Of a stretch of 64,000 nt of DNA, positions 9,840 to 18,708 are shown in pieces. The notes below the pieces were generated by a model. That model saw nothing but the letters and a program-made list of their open reading frames with translations, had not been told where the DNA came from and made no database searches. Within the stretch, counting starts at the first letter, position 1. The number at the start of each line of letters is the position of its first letter. The position numbers and the translations under genes were made by a program. The stretch is from Candidatus Anstonellaceae archaeon (GTDB lineage Archaea > Micrarchaeota > Micrarchaeia > Anstonellales > Anstonellaceae): positions 26,856 to 90,855 of the forward strand of contig JAWAEU010000003.1 of NCBI GenBank assembly GCA_038891055.1, given 5' to 3'.

Positions 9840-10784
9840 ATGAGTGAGGATTCTTCTGATTTTGAAGGTGAAATAAGACGAGATTTTTTTGGTAGAACAG
9901 TAATCATCACTCCTTCTAGAGCTTTTAGGCCACATGATTTTAAGGTTAATAAGCCTAAAAAAAATCAGGACCCCTCAAAATGTTTCTTTTGCCCAGGAAA
10001 TGAAAATTTAACTCCTCCTGAAATAGATAGGACACCTCTGGAAGGAAAAGAAGGTTGGCTAAACAGAGTATTTCCAAACAAGTTTCCAGCAGTCCATCAA
10101 AATTGGAAAAAAGCATATGGTTTTCATGAAGTTTTAGTTGAGACCCCAGATCATTTCAAAACTCTTTCTGATTTGACCACAATAGAATTGTACCTTTATC
10201 TAAAAATGATTCAAAAAAGGCTATTAGCCAGAAAAAAAGACAAAAAAATAAAATATCCCTCTGTATTTAAAAACGAATGGGAGGAAGCCGGCGCATCCTT
10301 GGAGCATACTCACACTCAACTTGTTTTTTTGCCTTTTGTTCCAGACTATATAAAAACACAACAAAAAGTATTGTCAAAAAATTGTGAATTTTGCAAGATT
10401 TCTAAAAATAAGAAATTTCCAAAGATTTATCAAACTAAAAATTTTTGGTTTTTAGCCCCATTTGTACCAAAATACAAGTTTGAAACCTGGATATTGCCAA
10501 AAAAGCATATTGCATCTATTATCGATCTTTCTGATAGTCTTTTGGAAGAATTAGCCTCGATTTTATCAATAGCTCTAAAAACCCAAGACTCCTATCTAAA
10601 TTATCCTCCCTACAATATATTGTATCATTTTGCCCCATATAATATAAAAAATTTTCATTTTCATATCTCTCTTACCCCACGCTTAGCTAAATGGGCTGGA
10701 CTGGAACACCAAACAGGAGTTATATTAAATTCGATCTCACCTCAGTTTGTTGCTACTGAATATAAATTAAATTTAAAGCTCTAA
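9840..10784 (+). CDS. galT: Galactose-1-phosphate uridylyltransferase family protein
   Basis: RAFRP, CFFCPGNE, RVFPNKFP, GASLEHTHTQ active-site motif. Confidence 0.88.
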   Translation: MSEDSSDFEGEIRRDFFGRTVIITPSRAFRPHDFKVNKPKKNQDPSKCFFCPGNENLTPPEIDRTPLEGKEGWLNRVFPNKFPAVHQNWKKAYGFHEVLVETPDHFKTLSDLTTIELYLYLKMIQKRLLARKKDKKIKYPSVFKNEWEEAGASLEHTHTQLVFLPFVPDYIKTQQKVLSKNCEFCKISKNKKFPKIYQTKNFWFLAPFVPKYKFETWILPKKHIASIIDLSDSLLEELASILSIALKTQDSYLNYPPYNILYHFAPYNIKNFHFHISLTPRLAKWAGLEHQTGVILNSISPQFVATEYKLNLKL

Positions 10785-10785
10785 A

Positions 10786-12159
10786 GTGGTGAATATGTAT
10801 AGCAAAAAAATTCTACAAATTCTAAGAAAACAAAATATTGCTATTGGCGATAAAATAAAAATATCCTACCCATCAGAAAAAAAAGAATTCGAAGGAATTT
10901 TACTTCCAAAGCCAAGCGGCAGTTCTCCAAATACTATTTTATTAAAACTTTCATCTGGCTACAACATAGGTTTAGATATAGAGGGAGCTACTATAACTAA
11001 ACTTTCTTCTTCACTCTCCTTTAGAGTAGAAGAAAATAAAATCAAAAACAAAAATTTAGAAAATCAAAAATATGAAAATTCTTTTGTTTTATTAGGTGCG
11101 GGAGGAACTATATCTTCAAAGATTGACTATCTAACTGGGGCAGTAGACTCAAAATTAGATCCACAAGAAATTATTTCAGCCTATCCAGAATTAAAAGAGT
11201 TTGAACCACTAAAAACAAAGAATCTTTTCAACCTACTTTCTGAAAATATTGCGCAAGAGGAGTGGGAGATTCTGGCAGCTGAAATAAAATCTATTTTCGA
11301 TGATGGTGCTAATGCAGTAGTTGTTTTGCATGGCACAGATACTCTTTCATATTCTGCAGCAGCAATGAACTATGCATTGGAAGGACTGGCCAAACCTCTT
11401 ATTTTCTGTGGCTCACAGCGCTCTTCTGATAGGCCATCTTCTGATGCAAGGCAGAATCTCTTTTGTTCTTTAGTGGCAGCAAAAAATAAAATAGCTGGTA
11501 CCTATGTGTGTATGCACGCAACAACAACTGATGACTACAACTATCTTCATCTTGCAACCAGGGTTAGAAAGAATCACACCTCTGCAAGATGGGCCTTCAG
11601 ATCGATTGGAGTTAAACCAGTTGCAAAAATTTTTTTTAAAGAAAATCGAATAGAATTAAATGAAAGTTTAATTCTTCCAAAATATGACGAAAAGAGTAAA
11701 ATCAATCTAAAAAATAAATTTAGCAATTTAGTGCACCTCTGTTGGTCTTATCCTGGCTTGAATTTGGAGGAAATAAAGCATTGGTCAAAATATGAGGGCG
11801 TGGTAATAGCTGGAACAGGTTTGGGGCATTTGCCTATATACTCTCATAGAGAGGAAATACACAAAAAAATAATAAAAGAATTAAAAGAACTGGTAGAGAG
11901 CGGAGTTATTTTGGTTATGGCTTCACAGGCAATAGAAGGGAGAGTGATTTTACAAACTTATTCTACAGGAAGAATCTTAGATGATATTGGAATCATTGGA
12001 AACGGCTGTGATTGGTTAGTAGAAACAGCCTTTGTAAAACTATGTTGGGCTTTAGGCCAGAGTAAAGACCCAAAAAAAGTAAAAGAGTTATTGCTCAAAC
12101 CACTAAATTATGACATAACTCCATTTTCTTATATCGACATATTAGAACAAGATTTTTAG
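10786..12159 (+). CDS. gatD: Glu-tRNA(Gln) amidotransferase subunit D
   Basis: KLSSGYNIG N-domain, GGTISS.IDY.TGAV, HGTDT, GSQRSSDRPSSD. Confidence 0.96.
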   Translation: MVNMYSKKILQILRKQNIAIGDKIKISYPSEKKEFEGILLPKPSGSSPNTILLKLSSGYNIGLDIEGATITKLSSSLSFRVEENKIKNKNLENQKYENSFVLLGAGGTISSKIDYLTGAVDSKLDPQEIISAYPELKEFEPLKTKNLFNLLSENIAQEEWEILAAEIKSIFDDGANAVVVLHGTDTLSYSAAAMNYALEGLAKPLIFCGSQRSSDRPSSDARQNLFCSLVAAKNKIAGTYVCMHATTTDDYNYLHLATRVRKNHTSARWAFRSIGVKPVAKIFFKENRIELNESLILPKYDEKSKINLKNKFSNLVHLCWSYPGLNLEEIKHWSKYEGVVIAGTGLGHLPIYSHREEIHKKIIKELKELVESGVILVMASQAIEGRVILQTYSTGRILDDIGIIGNGCDWLVETAFVKLCWALGQSKDPKKVKELLLKPLNYDITPFSYIDILEQDF

Positions 12160-12169
12160 GTGTTTTGGG

Positions 12170-13969
12170 ATGCTTTGTGGGCTTGAAATTCATCAGAGGC
12201 TTCAAGGAAAAAAATTATTTACTGCAGCTCCAGCGGTAGTCCCTATTACAACTAATCAAGTGGAAAATATAAAATCAATTAGATTTTTTAGATATTTGAC
12301 AGCTGCCTCAGGAGAATTAGGGAGTATTGATACTGCAGCAATTTTTGAAGCAAAAAGAGACAGGCTATTTTCTTATATCGCCCCACCTTCTACTTGCTCT
12401 TTAGTGGATTTAGATGAAGAGCCCCCAGCTTCAATAAATAAAGAAGCTTTGATTTATGCTCTTTCTTTTTCAAAGTTTATAGGGGCAAAAATAGTAGATG
12501 AAATTTATGTAATGAGAAAAATAGTAGTAGACGGCTCAAATGTAAGTGGCTTTCAGCGTACTGCACTAATTTCTCTGGGAGGAGAAATTAACGAGGAAAT
12601 TAAAATTCCAATTCAAACAGTTTGTTTAGAAGAAGAATCAGCTGGAATTTTATCACAATCTAATAAGGAAGTTATTTACAAATTAGACAGACAAGGAATA
12701 CCACTAGTGGAAATAAGCACTTCTCCAGTATTTAAAACAGCAGATGAAGCAAAAAAGGCTGCTCTCTGTATAGGTAGACTTCTTAGGCTAATTCCACTTA
12801 CTATGCGTGGTCTTGGATCTATTAGGCAAGACGTAAATATTTCAGTAGAAGGTGGTGCGAGGGTTGAAATAAAGGGCCTACAAAATATAGAGCTTCTAGA
12901 CGCTCTAATAAATAATGAAGTAAAGAGGCAGCTTGAACTAATAGAGATAATAAAAGAAATAAAGAGAAGGGATGTAGATTTTTCTTTAATGATAAGCAAA
13001 GATGTGAGTAAGATTTTTGTAGAAAGCCAATGTAAAATATTTTCAAACGCTCTAAAAGAAAAAGGAGTGGTCTATGCACTTAAAATTCCAAAATTCAAGG
13101 GCCTTCTTGGAAGAGAGCTCTATACAAACAAAAGGTTTGGAACTGAAATCTCAGATTATGCAAAAATATATTCGCAGATAAAAGGTTTAATCCACAGCGA
13201 CGAAAACTTAGAGAAATACAAAATTTCCTCAAGCGAAGTGGCAGCCTTAAAAAAAGAACTACAATTAGATGAAGAAGATAGTTTTATTTTAGTTGCAGAT
13301 AACCAGCAAATTGTAAAAAGAGCCCTAGAGGCAATAAAAGAAAGGCTAAAGTTTGAGTTTGTGCCTTCTGAGACAAGAAAAGCAAATGAAGATGCTTCCT
13401 CTACTTTTTTAAGGCCAATTAGTGGTTCAAGTAGACTCTATCCAGAAACTGATCTAAGGCCAATTAGAACAAAAAATTATTTGAATTCATTATTTAAAAT
13501 AGTTCCTTATTCAGAAAGATTAGAAAAGTATCAAACTCTAGTAGGAAGAGATTTAGCAGTCCAAATTCTCAATTCTCATAACCTATTTTTATTTGAAGAA
13601 TTTTTAGAATTAGGTTTAGATCCAAAACAATCTGTTTTGATTTTAGAAAAATATTTAGTAGAATTCAAGAGGGATGGTTTAGCTGTTGAGAATTTATCTA
13701 AAGAAATTTTAATAAAGGCATTAGAGCTATATGCTAAAAAAGCTATTAATTCATTTGCTCTTGTGGAATTGCTTAGAGAGGCTTTAGTCTTAAATATGTT
13801 TGACTTAGAGAAACTAGTTGCACAAAGAAATCTTTTTCAACTAAGCTTTAATGAGACAAGAGATTTATTTGAAAAAGAGGGGAGAGATCTTAAAAAATTT
13901 ATGCAAAGATATAAACTAGTTGCAAATTCTGATTTTTTAAAAAAGCTCTCCTCTAATTCTAAAGAATAA
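12170..13969 (+). CDS. gatE: Glu-tRNA(Gln) amidotransferase subunit E
   Basis: GLEIHQRL, MRKIVVDGSNVSGFQRT, RGLGSIRQDVNIS, RLYPETD. Confidence 0.96.
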   Translation: MLCGLEIHQRLQGKKLFTAAPAVVPITTNQVENIKSIRFFRYLTAASGELGSIDTAAIFEAKRDRLFSYIAPPSTCSLVDLDEEPPASINKEALIYALSFSKFIGAKIVDEIYVMRKIVVDGSNVSGFQRTALISLGGEINEEIKIPIQTVCLEEESAGILSQSNKEVIYKLDRQGIPLVEISTSPVFKTADEAKKAALCIGRLLRLIPLTMRGLGSIRQDVNISVEGGARVEIKGLQNIELLDALINNEVKRQLELIEIIKEIKRRDVDFSLMISKDVSKIFVESQCKIFSNALKEKGVVYALKIPKFKGLLGRELYTNKRFGTEISDYAKIYSQIKGLIHSDENLEKYKISSSEVAALKKELQLDEEDSFILVADNQQIVKRALEAIKERLKFEFVPSETRKANEDASSTFLRPISGSSRLYPETDLRPIRTKNYLNSLFKIVPYSERLEKYQTLVGRDLAVQILNSHNLFLFEEFLELGLDPKQSVLILEKYLVEFKRDGLAVENLSKEILIKALELYAKKAINSFALVELLREALVLNMFDLEKLVAQRNLFQLSFNETRDLFEKEGRDLKKFMQRYKLVANSDFLKKLSSNSKE

Positions 13970-13975
13970 GTATTT

Positions 13976-14797
13976 TTATGATTCTTTATCCGGATATTGG
14001 TATTCTTTATTTTCTTCAAATTGTTTTCTTCCATACCAAAAAATTTCTAAAAACTCTCTGGAATATTGTAAGTAATGCGGATCAGAGCAATGTATTTCAA
14101 GGGTAATAGTGTTATCATAAAATTGTTTTAATTTCTCTAATATTTTTTTTATCTCTATATTTCCTGCCCCTAAAGGAAGATGGTCTATATCTTTTTTTCC
14201 ATCGTGTAGATGTACATGTTTAATGTAATTTTTAAATTCTTCCATCAGCCTTTCTGCACCTTCTCTAAAGTATGTTTCTGCATGGCCTATGTCCAATGTT
14301 ATTTTTATTTCTGTTTGAGTTAAGATTTTTTTATACTCTTCTAAATTTAAGGCTTTCTCGTCCACTGTTTCTAAACAAAGTGTTAGACTAAAATTATTTG
14401 CAATTTTTTCTATATTTTTTAGTGTATCTAAAGTCCTTTCAAACATTTTTTTTCTGCTCTGACAAGAGTGAGGGGTTATCAAATCTGGATGAATTGTAAC
14501 TATTTTCGAGCCCAAGTGGGAAGCTATAAATAATGCATTTTCAATTTCTTTGTTAGTAGCATTTTGGATTCTTTCATATGGATAAGCAAGGCTGAAATAC
14601 CATGGAAGATGGGCAAGAAGGCCCAAATTATAACTTTCTAAAGCCTCTAAAATTTTCTTTTTGTTTTCATTTATTTTTTTTGGAGTTGCTGCTGGATATT
14701 CAATAGTCAATTCAAAAAAATCAAAGTTGGACTCACCAACAAAGTAGATTTCTTCAATTAAATCTCTATGTGGATTATTCATTGCTCCGCTTATCAT
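13976..14797 (-). CDS. Sugar phosphate isomerase/epimerase (AP endonuclease 2-like TIM barrel)
   Basis: TIHP, LE, LDIGHA, HVHLHD, DHLPLGAG, TLE metal-binding motifs. Confidence 0.85.
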   Translation of the reverse strand: MISGAMNNPHRDLIEEIYFVGESNFDFFELTIEYPAATPKKINENKKKILEALESYNLGLLAHLPWYFSLAYPYERIQNATNKEIENALFIASHLGSKIVTIHPDLITPHSCQSRKKMFERTLDTLKNIEKIANNFSLTLCLETVDEKALNLEEYKKILTQTEIKITLDIGHAETYFREGAERLMEEFKNYIKHVHLHDGKKDIDHLPLGAGNIEIKKILEKLKQFYDNTITLEIHCSDPHYLQYSREFLEIFWYGRKQFEENKEYQYPDKES

Positions 14798-14834
14798 TTT
14801 TCTATATTAAAAATTTAGATTTATATAACTTTTC

Positions 14835-15662
14835 TTATTTTGACAAAATCTTAGTAGCAATCTCTTTTAGTTTTTCTACTCTCTTTTCTTTTAGACCAAT
14901 TTTTACTAATTCAGCGCTAGAGGTGTGAACAAGTTCCTTTAATAAAATTATATTGTTGTTGTGTAATTTCACAAATTCATCTCTCTTTAGTCCCTTTATT
15001 AGAGTTATTGGATACAATTTATTTTCTTCAATTCTCTGTTGTATGCTCTCATTTTTTGGAAAAGACCATCCCAAAAGTTTTAAGCCTACGCAATCAGAAT
15101 ATTGAATTACATCTCCACTAAATTTTGTATTTGTGACCAACCAGCAACTATCTATTTCTGGGTTAACCTCTTTTATATCCAAATATCTTGCCCAAGTATA
15201 GAGAGCAGATTGTATACTGCATTTTATATGTGGGGCATTGTGAAACTTGCATTCTATAATTATTTTTTTTATTTTTTCTCCTTCTTCTCTGGTTGCAAAG
15301 ACATCTATTTCATGGGTTATACATTTTCCTGCAATAATTTGTCTGGTTTTAGTTTGATAATTTCTTCCTTTTAGCAAAGCTGCTATAAAAGTTTCAAACG
15401 GATAGCCATCTGGGCCCATTCTAATCAAAGCATTTTTTAGGCTAAATCTAGCAGCAGCCTCAGGCTCTAAAACATCTAAAGCCTCAAAGGCTAATTTGTA
15501 TATTTCTTTTGTGCTTATATTTGGTTTTATCTCTTCGGCTATGCTGTCTATAACTTCTTCGATTAGTGCATATGAAGCTCCAGCTCTTCTCAAAGCAGTT
15601 CTAATTTTATTAAAATCTAAAGGCTCTAAAGTACCATCAGATTTTTTTACTAATATTTGCAT
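14835..15662 (-). CDS. ATP-cone plus Mrr-like PD-(D/E)xK nuclease domain protein
   Basis: N-terminal VKKSDG..EP.D..KI ATP-cone; GYPFE, HEIDV, IECKFH, LVTNTKFS. Confidence 0.85.
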   Translation of the reverse strand: MQILVKKSDGTLEPLDFNKIRTALRRAGASYALIEEVIDSIAEEIKPNISTKEIYKLAFEALDVLEPEAAARFSLKNALIRMGPDGYPFETFIAALLKGRNYQTKTRQIIAGKCITHEIDVFATREEGEKIKKIIIECKFHNAPHIKCSIQSALYTWARYLDIKEVNPEIDSCWLVTNTKFSGDVIQYSDCVGLKLLGWSFPKNESIQQRIEENKLYPITLIKGLKRDEFVKLHNNNIILLKELVHTSSAELVKIGLKEKRVEKLKEIATKILSK

Positions 15663-15700
15663 ATCTTTTTTTGTTTGCTAATAATTAAAATTTTTTTGTT

Positions 15701-16414
15701 TTAAGAAAATTTTTTCAAAATCAAAATAAATGAAATCAGAGGTATTTGATGAGTTAGATATATAATTAAGCTATTTCTTCCTAAAATTGCAAGATATTTT
15801 TCTATCCATATTTTTTTTTCCTCCAAGTTCACCTTTTTTTGTATATATATTTTTTTACCAACATACATTCCTAAGAAAACCAGTCCAATCCAAGGAAATA
15901 TAGGAAAATAATCTATTGAATAAATCGGATAGTAATACCCAACAATAAAAAGTAGAAAATTATCTGTCTGATTTTCATTTATTATTTTTCCTATTGTTAT
16001 TGAGAGCATTGCCAATATCGCATTTAATCTCTCAAATCTAGCAAAAAAATGACAAAAAAATACAGCAAAAGAGATAAAGTGAATTACTCCCCATCTTATC
16101 CAGCCTTGTGGGTAGAAGATGTAACTAATAGCAGAAATAGCCAATGCAACAACGAATAATTTTAAACTCCTAGTTAAATATTTTTTTATTCTAGTTTTGT
16201 AATCTGAATTTTTTATTTTCTCATAGCTCAAGCTTAGAGATATTCCCACCACTACTATCATTATACTTGCAGCTGCCAATCCAAATAGTTTTAGTACTCC
16301 TTCAGTTGGGTCAATATCCACAATTCCAAAAAAATAAGAATCAAAAAATATATGATATATTACCACTAAGGTTATACCAAGCCCTCTTAATGCATCCACT
16401 TGCTCAATTCTCAT
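15701..16414 (-). CDS. DUF1624 / heparan-alpha-glucosaminide N-acetyltransferase-like membrane protein
   Basis: R...VDALRG, DYFPIFPW.G, LGRNSL.IYL.HQ. Confidence 0.88.
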   Translation of the reverse strand: MRIEQVDALRGLGITLVVIYHIFFDSYFFGIVDIDPTEGVLKLFGLAAASIMIVVVGISLSLSYEKIKNSDYKTRIKKYLTRSLKLFVVALAISAISYIFYPQGWIRWGVIHFISFAVFFCHFFARFERLNAILAMLSITIGKIINENQTDNFLLFIVGYYYPIYSIDYFPIFPWIGLVFLGMYVGKKIYIQKKVNLEEKKIWIEKYLAILGRNSLIIYLTHQIPLISFILILKKFS

Positions 16415-16418
16415 CTTT

Positions 16419-17213
16419 TCACTTTGAATTTAAAATTTCAATTAGTTCTTTATAAGTAGTTTTATTAGATGCTACAAAGTTTGTACTATCTAAAGTGTAT
16501 GGGGTGCCATCTAACTTACTCACTATACCTCCAGCCTCTTTGACTATTAAAGCTCCAGCTGCAACATCAAAGGGCTTTATTCTAAACAAAATAGCAGCGT
16601 CTGCATATCCTTGTGCAACATATCCTATCTCAAAAACTGCAGCTCCAAGATGGCGAATATGAAAAACTTTTTTATGAAGTTGTTTTAATTTTTCAAAAGT
16701 ATCTGCAATATTTTCTCCTTGAGCATAGCAAGCCAAAAGCATAGCTTGGTCTATTTTTCTTTGTGAAACTTTCAATTTTCTTATTTTTTTTACTTTGTTT
16801 TTATAAATTTTATATTCCCATGCGCCCTCGTGTTCTTTTGCAAACAAAATAGTATTAAATTTTGGATAGGCTATTGCTCCATATTTTAAATTAGAGCTGC
16901 TTGCATATGCAATACTAATTCCCCACAGATCCAGCCCATAAGCATAATTATTTGTACCATCTAAAGGGTCAATTATCCAGCAATTTTCATCTTTTAAGTC
17001 CTCTGATTTACCCAAATTTTCTTCAGAATATATTTTATGGTGTGGAAAATACTTTTTTATTTGATCTTTTATTATGTTTTGTGAGGAAAAGTCAGCACTC
17101 GTAACCAAATCTCTTGGACTTTTTTTATAAATTTCTTTATTTGATTGTAGTTTTAGCAACTCTCCACTACACTTTATTAAAGAATTAAAAATTATTTTTT
17201 CTATTTTGTTCAT
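16419..17213 (-). CDS. Inositol monophosphatase family protein
   Basis: DLVT.AD, SEE, WIIDPLDGTNNY, FDVAAG.LIV.EAGG. Confidence 0.93.
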   Translation of the reverse strand: MNKIEKIIFNSLIKCSGELLKLQSNKEIYKKSPRDLVTSADFSSQNIIKDQIKKYFPHHKIYSEENLGKSEDLKDENCWIIDPLDGTNNYAYGLDLWGISIAYASSSNLKYGAIAYPKFNTILFAKEHEGAWEYKIYKNKVKKIRKLKVSQRKIDQAMLLACYAQGENIADTFEKLKQLHKKVFHIRHLGAAVFEIGYVAQGYADAAILFRIKPFDVAAGALIVKEAGGIVSKLDGTPYTLDSTNFVASNKTTYKELIEILNSK

Positions 17214-17270
17214 ATTTTAATTAATCTAGCAATATTTTAAATTTAATTTGCTATAAATTATTTAGTTAGT

Positions 17271-17363
17271 GGGCTCGTAGCTCAGCTTGGATAGAGCAGC
17301 AGCCTTCTATTGCACTATAAAGAAGAGAGCTGAAGGTCGTGGGTTCAAATCCCACCGAGCCCG
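17271..17363 (+). tRNA. tRNA-Arg(TCT) with 18-nt intron at 37/38 (17310-17327)
   Basis: Cloverleaf with acceptor GGGCTCG/CGAGCCC, T-loop TTCAAAT, anticodon TCT at 17306-17308; central helix CTTC/GAAG. Confidence 0.93.
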
Positions 17364-18506
17364 TTAATTCAATATTTCTATAATTTTTTTCTTATAATCC
17401 TCTAATCCAAAATATTTGCCTTTTTTACTATAATAAATATCTTTATCTGAGATTATTATTATAATTTTTTTACAAATTCTATCTTTTTCTTCTTGCCAAC
17501 AGTATATCAATTCTCCTGAATCCAACACCTCTATATTTCCTACATATCTTCCATTTTGTGGTTCAAACAATTCTGATTTTTCTAGTAATCCTAACTCCTC
17601 AGAGTTGTTTATATTATTTTTTGAAATTCCAACAACACAATGCCCTTCTGTTTCACTATTTAAATAACAAATCGAATAAAAATAGCTCTCAGTTATTTTT
17701 AGAGAAGGATGGGCAATAGAATCAGGGTAATACCAATAGCTTTCTTGTGGGTCTCGCTTAAGTGGATAGATTATATAATAAGTTCCAGGATTTGGTTTGA
17801 AAAGTTCAATAGTAACATTAGTGGATTTGAGTTTAAGCTTTAGTGTATTTAGCAAGGCTTTAAAAAATAACGAATAATCCTCGCAATCTCCTCCCCCTCT
17901 ATCAATCGTCTGTTTTATCCCTTGTAAAAAATCAATTTTTCCTATTTGACTGTCGTTTTTGTATTTTATAGAAATAGCAGTATTTTCCATTAGATATGCA
18001 ATACAACCTAAATTTAGTTTATTTTTATACACACAATCTTTTTCTATCCTCTCAAGCAATATGTCGGAATTCCAGCTATAATTTTTTTCAATAAAAGAAT
18101 TTTGCTTAAACCATTCCATAGATTTATTTATCTCTTCTAAAATTTCCACATATTCTTCTTTTAATTTTTTAAGTTCACTTTCTTTTTGTATTTTTTCTCT
18201 CTCGACTTTTTCTATACTCTTTTGTTTTTTCTCTAATTCTTCTTTAAGCTGGTTGTTTTCATCTATTTTTTGTTTTAATTCACCTCTGGCATCATCCAAT
18301 TCCTTTTTAATCAATCTGTTTTCTTCCACCACTCTTTTAATTTCCAAATTTAGCTGCTCTATTTTTTTTGTTACACTCTCTTTATAATTAAAAAATTCTC
18401 TTTTTATTTCTTCCAATTCTTTATTTTTTTTATTAACCTCTAAGTAGAATAAAACTAAAAGTAAAATAAAAAAAATTGTTATAAAAAATTTAAAAAAATT
18501 TTTCAT
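17364..18506 (-). CDS. Membrane-anchored coiled-coil protein with transglutaminase-like Cys-protease domain
   Basis: N-terminal TM, ~110-aa coiled coil, GGGDCEDYS, GHCVVG, LFEPQNG. Confidence 0.75.
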   Translation of the reverse strand: MKNFFKFFITIFFILLLVLFYLEVNKKNKELEEIKREFFNYKESVTKKIEQLNLEIKRVVEENRLIKKELDDARGELKQKIDENNQLKEELEKKQKSIEKVEREKIQKESELKKLKEEYVEILEEINKSMEWFKQNSFIEKNYSWNSDILLERIEKDCVYKNKLNLGCIAYLMENTAISIKYKNDSQIGKIDFLQGIKQTIDRGGGDCEDYSLFFKALLNTLKLKLKSTNVTIELFKPNPGTYYIIYPLKRDPQESYWYYPDSIAHPSLKITESYFYSICYLNSETEGHCVVGISKNNINNSEELGLLEKSELFEPQNGRYVGNIEVLDSGELIYCWQEEKDRICKKIIIIISDKDIYYSKKGKYFGLEDYKKKIIEILN

Positions 18507-18570
18507 ATTTATAATTCTCTTTTTAGCTTTTTAATATTCTTCTCCTAAATCAAAAAAAAAGAAGTAAAAT

Positions 18571-18644
18571 TGCCAAGGGCCGGATTTGAACCGGCAACAC
18601 ATCGGTCTTCAGCCGATTGCTCTCCCAGGTTGAGCTACCTTGGC
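18571..18644 (-). tRNA. tRNA-Phe(GAA)
   Basis: Reverse complement GCCAAGG...ATCGG-CTGAAGA-CCGAT...TTCAAAT...CCTTGGCA. Confidence 0.97.
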
Positions 18645-18708
18645 ATTTTCACAATTATAATTTTTGTTAGCAACATTTTTATATTGTTTGTTTTATATTA
18701 ATTAATTT

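Noticed and set aside
17271..18644. Integrated provirus or mobile element at tRNAs
   Set aside because: No integrase, duplicated tRNA 3' end or viral hallmark genes.
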